A DNA stretch of 32,000 nucleotides from assembly GCF_001457615.1 (NCBI RefSeq), contig NZ_LN831024.1, positions 1-32,000 of the forward strand, given 5' to 3'. Source of the DNA: Pseudomonas aeruginosa (GTDB taxonomy: Bacteria; Pseudomonadota; Gammaproteobacteria; Pseudomonadales; Pseudomonadaceae). The translations under genes and the position numbers were made by a program. Below, one piece after another: positions 13,742 to 22,382 of the stretch (position 1 is its first letter; each line of letters opens with the position of its first letter). The notes beneath the pieces are model-generated. The model saw nothing but the letters and a program-made list of their open reading frames with translations. It did not search any database and was not told where the DNA came from.

Positions 13742-14629
13742 GTGGAGAAATTCAAAGGTGCCCTGGTGGTGGGGGCCCTACGCCTGTTCGCGTTATTGCC
13801 CTGGCGTGCCGTGCAAGGCGTCGGGGCCGGCATAGGCTGGCTGATGTGGAAATTGCCGAATCGATCCCGCGAGGTAGTGCGGATCAACCTGTCCAAGTGC
13901 TTCCCCGAGTTGTCTGAAACCGAACTGGAAAAGCTGGTCGGACAAAGCCTGATGGATATTGGCCGGACCCTCACCGAAAGTGCCTGCGCCTGGATCTGGC
14001 CGCCTGAAAAGTCGCTGAGATACATCCGCGAGGTCGAAGGCATGGAGGTGCTGGAGGAAGCGCTGGCTTCCGGCGATGGTCTGGTCGGCATTACCAGTCA
14101 CCTGGGAAACTGGGAAGTACTCAACCACTTCTATTGTTCCTACGCCAAGCCGATCATCTTCTATCGTCCGCCCAAGCTGAAGGCAGTCGACGAATTGCTG
14201 AAGAAGCAACGCGTGCAATTGGGCAACCGCGTCGCACCTTCCACTCCGGAGGGTATCCTCAGCGTCATCAAGGAAGTGAAGAAAGGCGGTTGCGTAGGAA
14301 TTCCCGCCGACCCCGAGCCCGCGCGTACCGCTGGGCTCTTCGTGCCTTACCTGGGCACCACTGCATTGATCAGCAAGTTCGTCCCGCAGTTGCTTTCACG
14401 CGGCAAGGCGCGTGGAGTGTTCTTCCATGCGGTGCGCCTGCCCGATGGTAGCGGTTACAAGGTGATCCTCGAAGCGGCTCCGGCGGACATGTACGACAAG
14501 GACCTGGAAGTGTCTGTAGCAGCCATGAGCCGCGAGTTGGCGAAGTATGTACGAGCCTATCCCAGCCAGTACATGTGGAGCATGAAACGCTTCAAGAACC
14601 GCCCGGATGGCGAGAAAAAATGGTACTGA
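13742..14629 (+). CDS. htrB1: Lipid A biosynthesis late acyltransferase, LpxL/HtrB family (HtrB1/PA0011-like)
   Basis: 295-aa ORF MEKFKGALVVGALRLFALLPWRAVQGVGAGIGWLMW..., SHLGNWE catalytic HxxxxE motif, AYPSQYMWSMKRFKNRP C-terminal motif. Confidence 0.9.
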   Translation: MEKFKGALVVGALRLFALLPWRAVQGVGAGIGWLMWKLPNRSREVVRINLSKCFPELSETELEKLVGQSLMDIGRTLTESACAWIWPPEKSLRYIREVEGMEVLEEALASGDGLVGITSHLGNWEVLNHFYCSYAKPIIFYRPPKLKAVDELLKKQRVQLGNRVAPSTPEGILSVIKEVKKGGCVGIPADPEPARTAGLFVPYLGTTALISKFVPQLLSRGKARGVFFHAVRLPDGSGYKVILEAAPADMYDKDLEVSVAAMSRELAKYVRAYPSQYMWSMKRFKNRPDGEKKWY

Positions 14630-14631
14630 GG

Positions 14632-14656
14632 AAAGGGCGTCGGAAGACGCCTTTTT
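14632..14656 (+). terminator. Intrinsic terminator after the HtrB-like acyltransferase gene
   Basis: GGCGTC(14636-14641)-ggaa-GACGCC(14646-14651)-TTTTT, directly after the stop codon. Confidence 0.85.
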
Positions 14657-14713
14657 CATATCCGGGTACTATGCTCAGCTCTGCCGCCTCCTCCGCAGGT
14701 CCCGAGGGACTCG

Positions 14714-14980
14714 ATGGATAATCAACGACAATACCCACGAACCCCGCTCAAGTGCCGAATCCGTATCAGTCACCCGCTATTTGGCGAGCTGATGGCGCAG
14801 ACACGCGACCTGTCCGACACCGGGGTCTATGTCAAACACCCGGAGCTGACCCAGCTCCCAACAGGCAGTGTCGTTACTGGCCAGGTACAGGACTTGCCGA
14901 TCGACGCGCCGATCCTGCAGATGGAAGTCGTGCGAGTCGATGCGGAAGGCGTCGGCCTGCGCTTTCTCAGCGAAGCGTGA
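14714..14980 (+). CDS. Small single-domain PilZ protein, putative c-di-GMP receptor
   Basis: 88 aa: MDNQRQYPRTPLKCRI... contains RxxxR (RQYPR) and DxSxxG (DLSDTG) PilZ motifs; PA0012-like. Confidence 0.85.
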   Translation: MDNQRQYPRTPLKCRIRISHPLFGELMAQTRDLSDTGVYVKHPELTQLPTGSVVTGQVQDLPIDAPILQMEVVRVDAEGVGLRFLSEA

Positions 14981-14987
14981 ACGGTGG

Positions 14988-15003
14988 TGTTCCACGTGGA
15001 ACC
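14988..15003. promoter_or_regulatory. parS-like ParB binding site, TGTTCCACGTGGAACC (15/16), downstream of the PilZ gene
   Basis: Direct sequence match with one terminal mismatch. Confidence 0.9.
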
Positions 15004-15056
15004 CCAGGCATGAGCCACTGATCACAGAGTGGGCGAAACCGCTGCCGGTTATCGGC

Positions 15057-15062
15057 TAGAAT
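15057..15062 (+). promoter_or_regulatory. Possible sigma70 -10 element (TAGAAT) for the YhhQ-family gene
   Basis: TAGAAT about 65 nt upstream of the ATG, implying a short leader that includes the aptamer-like element; no convincing -35 seen. Confidence 0.4.
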
Positions 15063-15088
15063 GCGCGCCGCTCGGCATGGTGCCGGGC

Positions 15089-15121
15089 ATGGGTTCCCTC
15101 ACCCCATCGCGCAAAAAGGAC
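15089..15121 (+). promoter_or_regulatory. Candidate preQ1-I riboswitch controlling translation of the downstream YhhQ-family gene
   Basis: AUGGG-UUCCCUCAC-CCCAU-CGCGCAAAAA-GGAC: P1 AUGGG/CCCAU, U-rich L1, AC immediately 5' of the P1 3' strand, A-rich tail, and CC available to pair with GG of the Shine-Dalgarno (15118-15119), 8 nt before the ATG at 15127. Confidence 0.62.
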
Positions 15122-15126
15122 AGTAC

Positions 15127-15780
15127 ATGTCAGCCTCTTCTCCGGCGGCCTGGCGCGGCACCCTGGCCGGCCTGATCGCCTTCCACATCTTCATCATCAT
15201 CGCCAGCAACTACCTGGTGCAGTTGCCGATCACCCTGTTTGGCTGGCACACCACCTGGGGCGCCTTCAGCTTTCCGTTCATCTTCCTGGCTACCGACCTC
15301 ACCGTGCGCCTGCTGGGCAAGGGCCCTGCCCGGCTGGTCATCGCCCGGGTCATGATCCCGGCGTTGATCGCCTCCTACGTAGTCTCAGTGTTATTCCAGG
15401 AAGCGGCGTTCCGTGGTTTCTCTGCGCTGCTCGAGTTCAACACCTTCGTCGCCCGGATCTCCCTGGCAAGCTTCCTCGCCTATGTGCTCGGACAGATCCT
15501 CGATATCCAGGTATTCGACCGCCTCCGTCGTTCCCGGCACTGGTGGACCGCGCCAGTCGCCTCGACCATCCTCGGCAACCTGCTGGACACCTTCACCTTC
15601 TTCTTCGTGGCGTTCTGGCGTAGCGACAATCCGTTCATGGCGCAGCACTGGGTGGAAATCGCCACGGTGGACTACGGAGTGAAGCTGAGTATCAGTCTTT
15701 TACTGTTCGTGCCGCTCTACGGCATGCTACTCAACGGCATCCTGAAGATGCTGCCGGGGCGGCCGCAGAGCAACGCTTGA
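15127..15780 (+). CDS. yhhQ: YhhQ/QPTR-family (DUF165, COG1738) queuosine precursor transporter
   Basis: Start at internal MSASSPAAWRGTL; membrane protein with IIIASNYLVQLPITLFGWHTTWGAFSFPFIFLATDLTVRLLGK characteristic of the family; PA0013-like. Confidence 0.85.
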   Translation: MSASSPAAWRGTLAGLIAFHIFIIIASNYLVQLPITLFGWHTTWGAFSFPFIFLATDLTVRLLGKGPARLVIARVMIPALIASYVVSVLFQEAAFRGFSALLEFNTFVARISLASFLAYVLGQILDIQVFDRLRRSRHWWTAPVASTILGNLLDTFTFFFVAFWRSDNPFMAQHWVEIATVDYGVKLSISLLLFVPLYGMLLNGILKMLPGRPQSNA

Positions 15781-15802
15781 GGCTCATCGAGGCAATCTGG
15801 AG

Positions 15803-15840
15803 GAAGGGCGCAACAGGCCGTGATGACCGTTGCGCCCTTC
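15803..15840. terminator. Bidirectional terminator-like inverted repeat between convergent yhhQ and the 90-aa ORF
   Basis: Perfect 12-bp arms GAAGGGCGCAAC (15803-15814) / GTTGCGCCCTTC (15829-15840), followed by TTC. Confidence 0.75.
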
Positions 15841-15845
15841 TTCGT

Positions 15846-16118
15846 TCAGGAGGTGGTAGCCCGGTGCGCGGCCGTGAGCAGCGTCAGGGCATCGCCGCCG
15901 AGCGTGACCAGGATGTGCGCCACGCGCTGAATGGGAACGCCCTGCCCCGTCCGCACTTCGATCCTTTCCAAGGCATGGAGGAGGCCGAGGAGAGCCCTGA
16001 GGCGCTCCTGTACGGATTCGAGCATCTCATTGGCGGAGGCGTTCCGGTGAACGTAGAGAATCGCTTGCTCGTATGGGTATTCGACATAGGACGGGACTGA
16101 ACGCTCTTGCTTCGACAT
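15846..16118 (-). CDS. Small hypothetical protein (90 aa)
   Basis: MSKQERSVPSYVEYPYEQAILYVHRNASANEMLESVQERLRALLGLLHALERIEV...; plausible composition, isolated in its own intergenic context. Confidence 0.65.
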   Translation of the reverse strand: MSKQERSVPSYVEYPYEQAILYVHRNASANEMLESVQERLRALLGLLHALERIEVRTGQGVPIQRVAHILVTLGGDALTLLTAAHRATTS

Positions 16119-16410
16119 GTTGGCTCCGGAAAAGTAGTTGAAGTCAGGTGTCGCGTTCGGGCTTGGACCGAAGCGATGAGTCGAAGCTAGAGGGCCGGCA
16201 GCGGTCGCTCAATGGGGTTTTGGGCGTTCGGGATGCAGGCTACATCGTTGACAGAAGTTGCCTACGAATGTGTGGATCAGGTCTTTGTAAAAGTGTCGTC
16301 GGGGCGTGCTCGAACCGTTCTGCCAGCGCTCGATGAGCACGCCCGACCCGTCTGCCGGAACTCCGGCCGGCGGGTGGCGAGAACGCGCTGCGCAAGCCTT
16401 GGCCGGACGC

Positions 16411-16728
16411 TCAGGTTCTCGCCCTGTCGAGCTTGCGCAGGAACACCGTCATTTCCTTTTCGGCCTGCTTGTCGCCATGCGTCGCGGCAGTTGCCAGGCC
16501 CTGCTCCCAGGCCTGCCGGGCGCCCGCGAGATCGCCGGCAGCCTGGCGCGCCTTGCCCAACAGCTTCCAGCCGGCGGAATACTTCGGGTCCTGCTCTACG
16601 CAGCGCTGGAGGTGTTCCGCCGCGCGTTCGGCGTCGCCCGCGTCCAGGTAGCCCTTGCCCAGGCCGAAGCGCAGCAGCGCATTGTCCACGCCTTTGGCCA
16701 GCATCTTTTCCAGACCTTCGATCATCAT
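16411..16728 (-). CDS. Small tetratricopeptide-repeat protein
   Basis: MMIEGLEKMLAKGVDNALLRFGLGKGYLDAGDAERAAEHLQRCVEQDPKYSAGWKLLGKARQAAGDLAGARQAWEQGL shows the TPR pattern; alternative upstream start at 16743. Confidence 0.8.
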   Translation of the reverse strand: MMIEGLEKMLAKGVDNALLRFGLGKGYLDAGDAERAAEHLQRCVEQDPKYSAGWKLLGKARQAAGDLAGARQAWEQGLATAATHGDKQAEKEMTVFLRKLDRART

Positions 16729-16876
16729 CCTGCCCTCTTCCAACGATGTCGGCCATTGTGCCCGGCTCCGGCCAGGCTTTGCACGGAACAGAGGGATTCG
16801 GCCGTTGCGAAGGAGGCACGCGGCCCCTTGGTGTTCGTAGGCCGAAGCCCTATCGCCGTTCGCGATAGGGCGTGCC

Positions 16877-18250
16877 TCAGAAGAACGTCAGGCCGGCCTG
16901 GAACAGTCGCTCGACGTCGCGGATGTATTTCTTGTCGACCAGGAACAGCAGCACGTGGTCGCCGCTCTCGATGCGGGTGTCGCCATGGGCGATCAGCACT
17001 TCCTCGTCGCGCACCAGCGCGCCGATGGTGGTGCCCGGCGGCAGCTTGATCTCGTTGATCGAGCGACCGATCACCTTGCTCGACTTGGCGTCGCCATGGG
17101 CTACCACTTCGATCGCTTCGGCTGCGCCGCGGCGCAGCGAGTGTACGCTCTCGATGTCGCCGCGGCGAACGTGGGCCAGCAGGGTGCCGATGGTCGCCAG
17201 TTGCGGGCTGATGGCGATGTCGATCTCGCCGCCTTGCACCAGGTCGACATAGGCAGGGTTGTTGATCAGGGTCATCACCTTGCTCGCGCCGAGCCGCTTG
17301 GCCAGCAGCGAGGACATGATGTTGGCCTCGTCGTCGTTGGTCAGGGCGAGGAACACGTCGGTCTCGCCGATGTTTTCCTCCAGCAGCAGGTCGCGGTCGG
17401 AAGCGCTGCCGTTGAGCACGATGGTGCTGTCCAGGGTATCCGAGAGGTGCCGGCAGCGCAGCGGGCTGCGCTCGATGATCTTTACCTGGTAGCGGCTCTC
17501 GATGGCCTCGGCCAGGCGCTCGCCGACATTGCCGCCGCCGGCGATGATGATCCGCTTGTAGCTGTCGTCGAGCCTGCGCATCTCGCCCATTACCGCGCGG
17601 ATATGGGCCTTGGCGGCGATGAAGAAGACTTCGTCGTCGGCCTCGATCACCGTGTCGCCCTGGGGAATGATCGGCCGGTTGCGGCGGTAGATCGCGGCGA
17701 CGCGGGTATCCACGTTCGGCATGTGCTCGCGCAGCTGGCGCAGCTCCTGCCCTACCAGAGGGCCGCCGTAGTAGGCCTTGATCCCGACCAACTGCGCCTT
17801 GCCCTCGGCGAAGTCGATGACTTGCAGCGCGCCGGGGTGTTCGATCAGGCGCTTGATGTAGTTGGTGACCACCTGCTCCGGGCTGATCAGCACGTCCACC
17901 GGGATCGCCTCGTTGTCGAACAGCCCGGTACGGGTCAGGTAGGCCGGCTCGCGGACGCGGGCGATCTTGGTCGGGGTGTTGAACAGGGTGTAGGCGACCT
18001 GGCAGGCGACCATGTTGGTCTCGTCGCTATTGGTCACCGCCACCAGCATGTCGGCGTCGTCGGCGCCGGCCTGGCGCAGCACCGTGGGGAACGAGGCCTT
18101 GCCTTGCACGGTGCGGATGTCGAGGCGGTCGCCGAGGTCGCGCAGGCGGTCGCCGTCGGTGTCGACCACGGTGATGTCGTTGGCTTCGCTGGCCAGGTGC
18201 TCGGCCAGTGTGCCGCCGACCTGGCCGGCACCGAGGATGATGATTTTCAT
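16877..18250 (-). CDS. trkA: Trk system potassium uptake regulatory NAD-binding protein
   Basis: 457 aa, [30 protein letters not shown]..., duplicated RCK-N Rossmann ([18 protein letters not shown]) and RCK-C domains. Confidence 0.97.
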   Translation of the reverse strand: MKIIILGAGQVGGTLAEHLASEANDITVVDTDGDRLRDLGDRLDIRTVQGKASFPTVLRQAGADDADMLVAVTNSDETNMVACQVAYTLFNTPTKIARVREPAYLTRTGLFDNEAIPVDVLISPEQVVTNYIKRLIEHPGALQVIDFAEGKAQLVGIKAYYGGPLVGQELRQLREHMPNVDTRVAAIYRRNRPIIPQGDTVIEADDEVFFIAAKAHIRAVMGEMRRLDDSYKRIIIAGGGNVGERLAEAIESRYQVKIIERSPLRCRHLSDTLDSTIVLNGSASDRDLLLEENIGETDVFLALTNDDEANIMSSLLAKRLGASKVMTLINNPAYVDLVQGGEIDIAISPQLATIGTLLAHVRRGDIESVHSLRRGAAEAIEVVAHGDAKSSKVIGRSINEIKLPPGTTIGALVRDEEVLIAHGDTRIESGDHVLLFLVDKKYIRDVERLFQAGLTFF

Positions 18251-18277
18251 GGCAGGAAACGGCTCGTCAGGTTTCGA

Positions 18278-19582
18278 TCAACGGGCGGATATCTTGATCA
18301 GCTTGGCATAGTAGAAGCCATCGTGGCCCTCCACCTGCGGCAGCAACTGGCGGCCGTGGGGCTGTTTCATGCCCCAGGGGCCGGGAAGGTCCAGTTCGCG
18401 GGCGCCGGGCGTGCGGGCGAGGAAGGCGGCGATGCTGTCGCTGTTTTCCGCCGGCATCACCGAACAGGTGGCGTAGAGCAGTACGCCACCGACTTCCAGG
18501 GTAGGCCACAGCGCGTCGAGCAATTCACCCTGCAGGTGCGCCAGGGCGGCGATGTCTTCCGGCTTGCGCGCCAGCTTGATGTCCGGGTGGCGGCGGATCA
18601 CCCCGGTGGCCGAGCACGGCGCGTCGAGGAGGATGCGCTGGAACGGCTTGCCGTCCCACCACTCCCCGGTGGCCCTGGCGTCGGCGGCGACCAGGCTGGC
18701 TTGCAGGCCGAGCCGCTGGAGGTTTTCCCGGACCCTTACCAGGCGGCTCTCCTCGAGGTCGACGGCGACCACTTCGGCCAGTCCCGGCTGGGTTTCCAGC
18801 AGGTGGCAGGTCTTGCCGCCAGGCGCACAGCAGGCGTCGAGGACACGCTGGCCGGGCGCGCTTTCGAGCAGCTCGGCGGCCAGTTGCGCGGCTTCGTCCT
18901 GGACGCTGACGCGGCCCTCCGCGAAGCCCGGTAGTTCGCGTACGTCGCGCGGCGCGGCGAGCTGGATGCCGTCGCGGCTGTAGTCGCAGGCGCGGGCCTT
19001 GATCCCGGCTTCGGCGAGTTCGGCCAGGTAGGCATCGCGCTCGCCGTGGCGCCGATTGACCCGCAAGGTCATCGGCGGGTGTGCGTTGTTCGCCGCGCAG
19101 AGCGCGTCGAGTTGCTCCGGCCAGGCCTGCTTGAGCGCTTTCAGCAGCCAGCGCGGATGGCCCAGGCGCGCCGAGGGATCGCGGTCGACCTCGGCCAGCA
19201 GCGTCTCGCCTTCGCGCTGCGCGCGGCGCAGCACGGCGTTGAGCACGCCCTTGGCCCAGCCCTTCTTCAGCTTGTCGGCGCAGCCGACGGTCTCGCCGAT
19301 CGCGGCGTGCGGCGGAATCCGCGTGTAGAGCAGCTGGTAGAGGCCGATCAGCAGCAGGGCGTGGATATCGGTGTCGGTGGCCTTGAACGGCTTCTGCAAC
19401 AGGCGCGCGGCCAGGGCCTGCAGGCGCGGTTGCCAGCGCGCCGCGCCGAAGGCCAGCTCCTGGGTCAGGCCGCGATCACGCGGGGCGACCTTGTCCAGTT
19501 GCGGCGGCAGCGCGCCAGACAGCGAGGCGCGTCCGGCGAGCACCGCGGCCAGCGCCTGGCAGGCGGCGAGACGCGGGTTCAT
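18278..19582 (-). CDS. rsmB: 16S rRNA (cytosine-967-C5)-methyltransferase
   Basis: 434 aa, NusB-like N-terminus, [20 protein letters not shown] motif, [17 protein letters not shown] catalytic motif; overlaps fmt by 4 nt. Confidence 0.96.
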   Translation of the reverse strand: MNPRLAACQALAAVLAGRASLSGALPPQLDKVAPRDRGLTQELAFGAARWQPRLQALAARLLQKPFKATDTDIHALLLIGLYQLLYTRIPPHAAIGETVGCADKLKKGWAKGVLNAVLRRAQREGETLLAEVDRDPSARLGHPRWLLKALKQAWPEQLDALCAANNAHPPMTLRVNRRHGERDAYLAELAEAGIKARACDYSRDGIQLAAPRDVRELPGFAEGRVSVQDEAAQLAAELLESAPGQRVLDACCAPGGKTCHLLETQPGLAEVVAVDLEESRLVRVRENLQRLGLQASLVAADARATGEWWDGKPFQRILLDAPCSATGVIRRHPDIKLARKPEDIAALAHLQGELLDALWPTLEVGGVLLYATCSVMPAENSDSIAAFLARTPGARELDLPGPWGMKQPHGRQLLPQVEGHDGFYYAKLIKISAR

Positions 19583-20523
19583 TGGCCGAGCACCTGGCCG
19601 GCGGCGAATTGCTCGCGACGGCTGTTGTAGAGGTCGGCGAAGGCCAGTGGCTTGCCGCCCGGCACTTGCAGGCGGGTCAGGCGCAGGGCGCCTTCGCCGC
19701 AGGCGACCAGCAGGCCGTCGCGGCTGGCCTCGAGGATGGTTCCGGGCGCCCCGCTACCCTGCCCCAGGCTGGCGCCGAGGACTTTCAGCGGCGCATCGGC
19801 GAGGCTGGTGTGGCAGACCGGCCAGGGGGTGAAGGCGCGGACCTGGCGCTCCAGTTCGACGGCCGGACGGCTCCAGTCGAGGCGTGCCTCGTCCTTGTTC
19901 AGCTTGTGCGCGTAGGTGGCCAGGGCGTCGTCCTGGACCTCGCCATGCAGGGTGCCGGCGGCCAGGCCGGCGATGGCTTCGACCACCGCTTTCGGGCCGA
20001 GCGCGGCGAGCCGGTCGTGCAGGCTGCCGCCGGTGTCCGCGGCGGAAATCGGCGTGCTCACCTTGAGCAGCATCGGGCCGGTGTCGAGCCCTGCTTCCAT
20101 CTGCATCACGGTGACGCCGCTCTCCGCGTCGCCGGCTTCCACCGCGCGCTGGATCGGCGCGGCGCCGCGCCAGCGCGGCAGCAGCGAGGCGTGGCTGTTG
20201 ATGCAGCCCAGGCGCGGGATATCGAGTACCGCCTGGGGCAGGATCAGGCCATAGGCGACCACCACCATCAGGTCCGCGCGCAGGGCCGCCAGCTCCGCCT
20301 GGGCCTCGGCATTACGCAGGCTCTGCGGCTGCATGACCGGCAGGCCATGCTCCAGGGCCAGGCTCTTCACCGCGCTGGGCATCAGTTTCTGCCCGCGGCC
20401 GGCCGGCCGGTCAGGCTGGGTGTAGACGGCGACGATCCGATGTGGGGTGTCGAGCAGGGCCTTGAGATGCTCGGCGGCGAATTCCGGGGTTCCGGCGAAG
20501 ACGATGCGCAATGCTTGGCTCAT
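19579..20523 (-). CDS. fmt: Methionyl-tRNA formyltransferase
   Basis: 314 aa, [66 protein letters not shown] motif. Confidence 0.98.
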   Translation of the reverse strand: MSQALRIVFAGTPEFAAEHLKALLDTPHRIVAVYTQPDRPAGRGQKLMPSAVKSLALEHGLPVMQPQSLRNAEAQAELAALRADLMVVVAYGLILPQAVLDIPRLGCINSHASLLPRWRGAAPIQRAVEAGDAESGVTVMQMEAGLDTGPMLLKVSTPISAADTGGSLHDRLAALGPKAVVEAIAGLAAGTLHGEVQDDALATYAHKLNKDEARLDWSRPAVELERQVRAFTPWPVCHTSLADAPLKVLGASLGQGSGAPGTILEASRDGLLVACGEGALRLTRLQVPGGKPLAFADLYNSRREQFAAGQVLGQ

Positions 20524-20531
20524 GCGGGGCT

Positions 20532-20566
20532 CGCTAAAAGAAAAAGGCTTGCCGGGGCAAGCCTTT
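20532..20566 (-). terminator. Intrinsic terminator between def and fmt (minus-strand direction)
   Basis: Arms AAAGGCTTG (20543-20551) / CAAGCCTTT (20558-20566); on the minus strand the stem is followed by TTTTTCTTTT. Confidence 0.8.
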
Positions 20567-20577
20567 GGGGGATGGGG

Positions 20578-21084
20578 TCACGCCTGCTGTCGATGCTGCT
20601 TTTCCAGCTTCTTGCGGATGCGGTCGCGCTTGAGGGTGGACAGGTAGTCGACGAACAGCTTGCCGTTGAGGTGGTCGCATTCGTGCTGGATGCATACCGC
20701 CAGCAGGCCTTCGGCGACTTCCTCGAAGGGGTTGCCATCGCGGTCGAGGGCCTTGATCCGGACCTTCTGCGGTCGGTCCACGTTCTCGTAGAAGCCGGGT
20801 ACCGACAGGCAGCCTTCCTGGTACTGGTCCATATCCTCGGTCAGCGGTTCGAACTCGGGGTTGATGAATACCCTCGGCTCGGACTTGTCTTCGCTGAGGT
20901 CCATGACCACGATGCGCTTGTGCACGTTCACCTGGGTCGCGGCGAGGCCGATGCCCGGGGCTTCGTACATGGTTTCGAACATGTCGTCGATCAGCTGGCG
21001 CACCGCGTCGTCGACCACCTCCACCGGTTTGGCGATGGTCCGCAGGCGCGGATCGGGGAATTCGAGAATGTTCAGGATGGCCAT
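20578..21084 (-). CDS. def: Peptide deformylase
   Basis: 168 aa, [36 protein letters not shown] and QHECDHLNG motifs. Confidence 0.99.
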   Translation of the reverse strand: MAILNILEFPDPRLRTIAKPVEVVDDAVRQLIDDMFETMYEAPGIGLAATQVNVHKRIVVMDLSEDKSEPRVFINPEFEPLTEDMDQYQEGCLSVPGFYENVDRPQKVRIKALDRDGNPFEEVAEGLLAVCIQHECDHLNGKLFVDYLSTLKRDRIRKKLEKQHRQQA

Positions 21085-21222
21085 ATGCGTTTGTGATGCA
21101 CTTGTGGAATCGATTGAAAATCCGCTGCTAAGATGGCGCGCAGCTTGAAAACGGCTTCAGACCGCGATTCTCGCGGGCTTCGGGCGTTTCGCGTATGTCG
21201 ACATGATAAAGGGATTCACTGC

Positions 21223-22248
21223 ATGAGGAAATCACTAGTCGCCCTTCTGCTCCTTGCCGCGAGCGGTCTGGCGCAGGCCCAGGTCGACCTCAGGGAAGGG
21301 CATCCGGACCGCTACACGGTGGTCAGGGGCGATACCCTGTGGGACATCTCGGGGAAATTCCTCCGCCAGCCATGGAAGTGGCCGGAACTCTGGCACGCCA
21401 ACCCGCAGATCCAGAATCCCCACCTGATCTACCCCGGCGACACACTCAGCCTGGTCTACGTCGATGGCCAGCCGCGCCTGGTGCTGAACCGTGGCGAATC
21501 GCGCGGGACCATCAAGCTGTCGCCGAAGATCCGCAGCACGCCGATCGCCGAGGCCATCCCGACCATCCCGCTGGACAAGATCAACAGCTTCCTGCTGGCC
21601 AACCGCATCGTCGATGACGAGAAGACCTTCACCAGTGCGCCGTACATCGTCGCCGGCAACGCCGAGCGGATCGTCAGCGGCACCGGCGACCGCATCTATG
21701 CCCGCGGCAAGTTCGCCGACGGCCAGCCGGCCTATGGCATCTTCCGCCAGGGCAAGGTCTACATCGATCCGAAGACCAAGGAAGTCCTCGGCATCAACGC
21801 CGACGACATCGGCGGCGGCGAGGTGGTGGCCACCGAAGGCGACGTCGCGACCCTGGCGCTGACCCGCACCACCCAGGAAGTGCGCCTGGGCGACCGCCTG
21901 TTCCCCACCGAGGAGCGTGCGGTGAATTCCACCTTCATGCCCGGCGAGCCGAGCCGCGAGGTGAAGGGCGAAATCATCGACGTACCGCGCGGCGTGACCC
22001 AGATCGGCCAGTTCGACGTGGTCACCCTGAACCGTGGCCAGCGCGACGGGCTGGCCGAGGGCAACGTGCTGGCGATCTACAAGGTCGGCGAGACGGTGCG
22101 CGACCGCGTTACCGGTGAGTCGGTGAAGATTCCCGACGAACGCGCCGGCCTGCTGATGGTGTTCCGTACCTACAAGAAGCTGAGCTACGCCCTGGTTCTG
22201 ATGGCCAGCAGGCCGCTCTCGGTAACCGACAGGGTGCAGAATCCCTGA
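21223..22248 (+). CDS. tsaP: LysM-domain peptidoglycan-binding protein, type IV pilus secretin-associated protein TsaP
   Basis: Internal start MRKSLVALLLLAASGLAQAQ signal peptide, LysM YTVVRGDTLWDISGKFLRQPWKWPELWHANPQIQNPHLIYPGD; PA0020-like. Confidence 0.88.
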   Translation: MRKSLVALLLLAASGLAQAQVDLREGHPDRYTVVRGDTLWDISGKFLRQPWKWPELWHANPQIQNPHLIYPGDTLSLVYVDGQPRLVLNRGESRGTIKLSPKIRSTPIAEAIPTIPLDKINSFLLANRIVDDEKTFTSAPYIVAGNAERIVSGTGDRIYARGKFADGQPAYGIFRQGKVYIDPKTKEVLGINADDIGGGEVVATEGDVATLALTRTTQEVRLGDRLFPTEERAVNSTFMPGEPSREVKGEIIDVPRGVTQIGQFDVVTLNRGQRDGLAEGNVLAIYKVGETVRDRVTGESVKIPDERAGLLMVFRTYKKLSYALVLMASRPLSVTDRVQNP

Positions 22249-22250
22249 CT

Positions 22251-22278
22251 CGAAACCCCCGCCTCGGCGGGGGTTTCG
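22251..22278 (+). terminator. Intrinsic terminator after tsaP
   Basis: CGAAACCCCCGC / GCGGGGGTTTCG with CTCG loop, immediately 3' of the stop codon. Confidence 0.85.
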
Positions 22279-22382
22279 CGTTTCTGGGGGAAGGAAATTT
22301 CATACGACGGTTTCCAGGATGGAAGCCGGACCCTTCCCCTCTTCCTGTCAGCGATGGACCTGCCTGCTATGGATGAGTCGCA

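Noticed and set aside
16273-16281. TGTGGATCA, one mismatch from a DnaA box (TGTGGATAA)
   Set aside because: Single isolated near-match, expected by chance in 32 kb; no cluster and no AT-rich unwinding element nearby.
16955-18934. 659-aa plus-strand ORF opposite trkA and rsmB
   Set aside because: Fully antisense to two confidently identified genes; GC-skewed shadow ORF with no recognisable domain.
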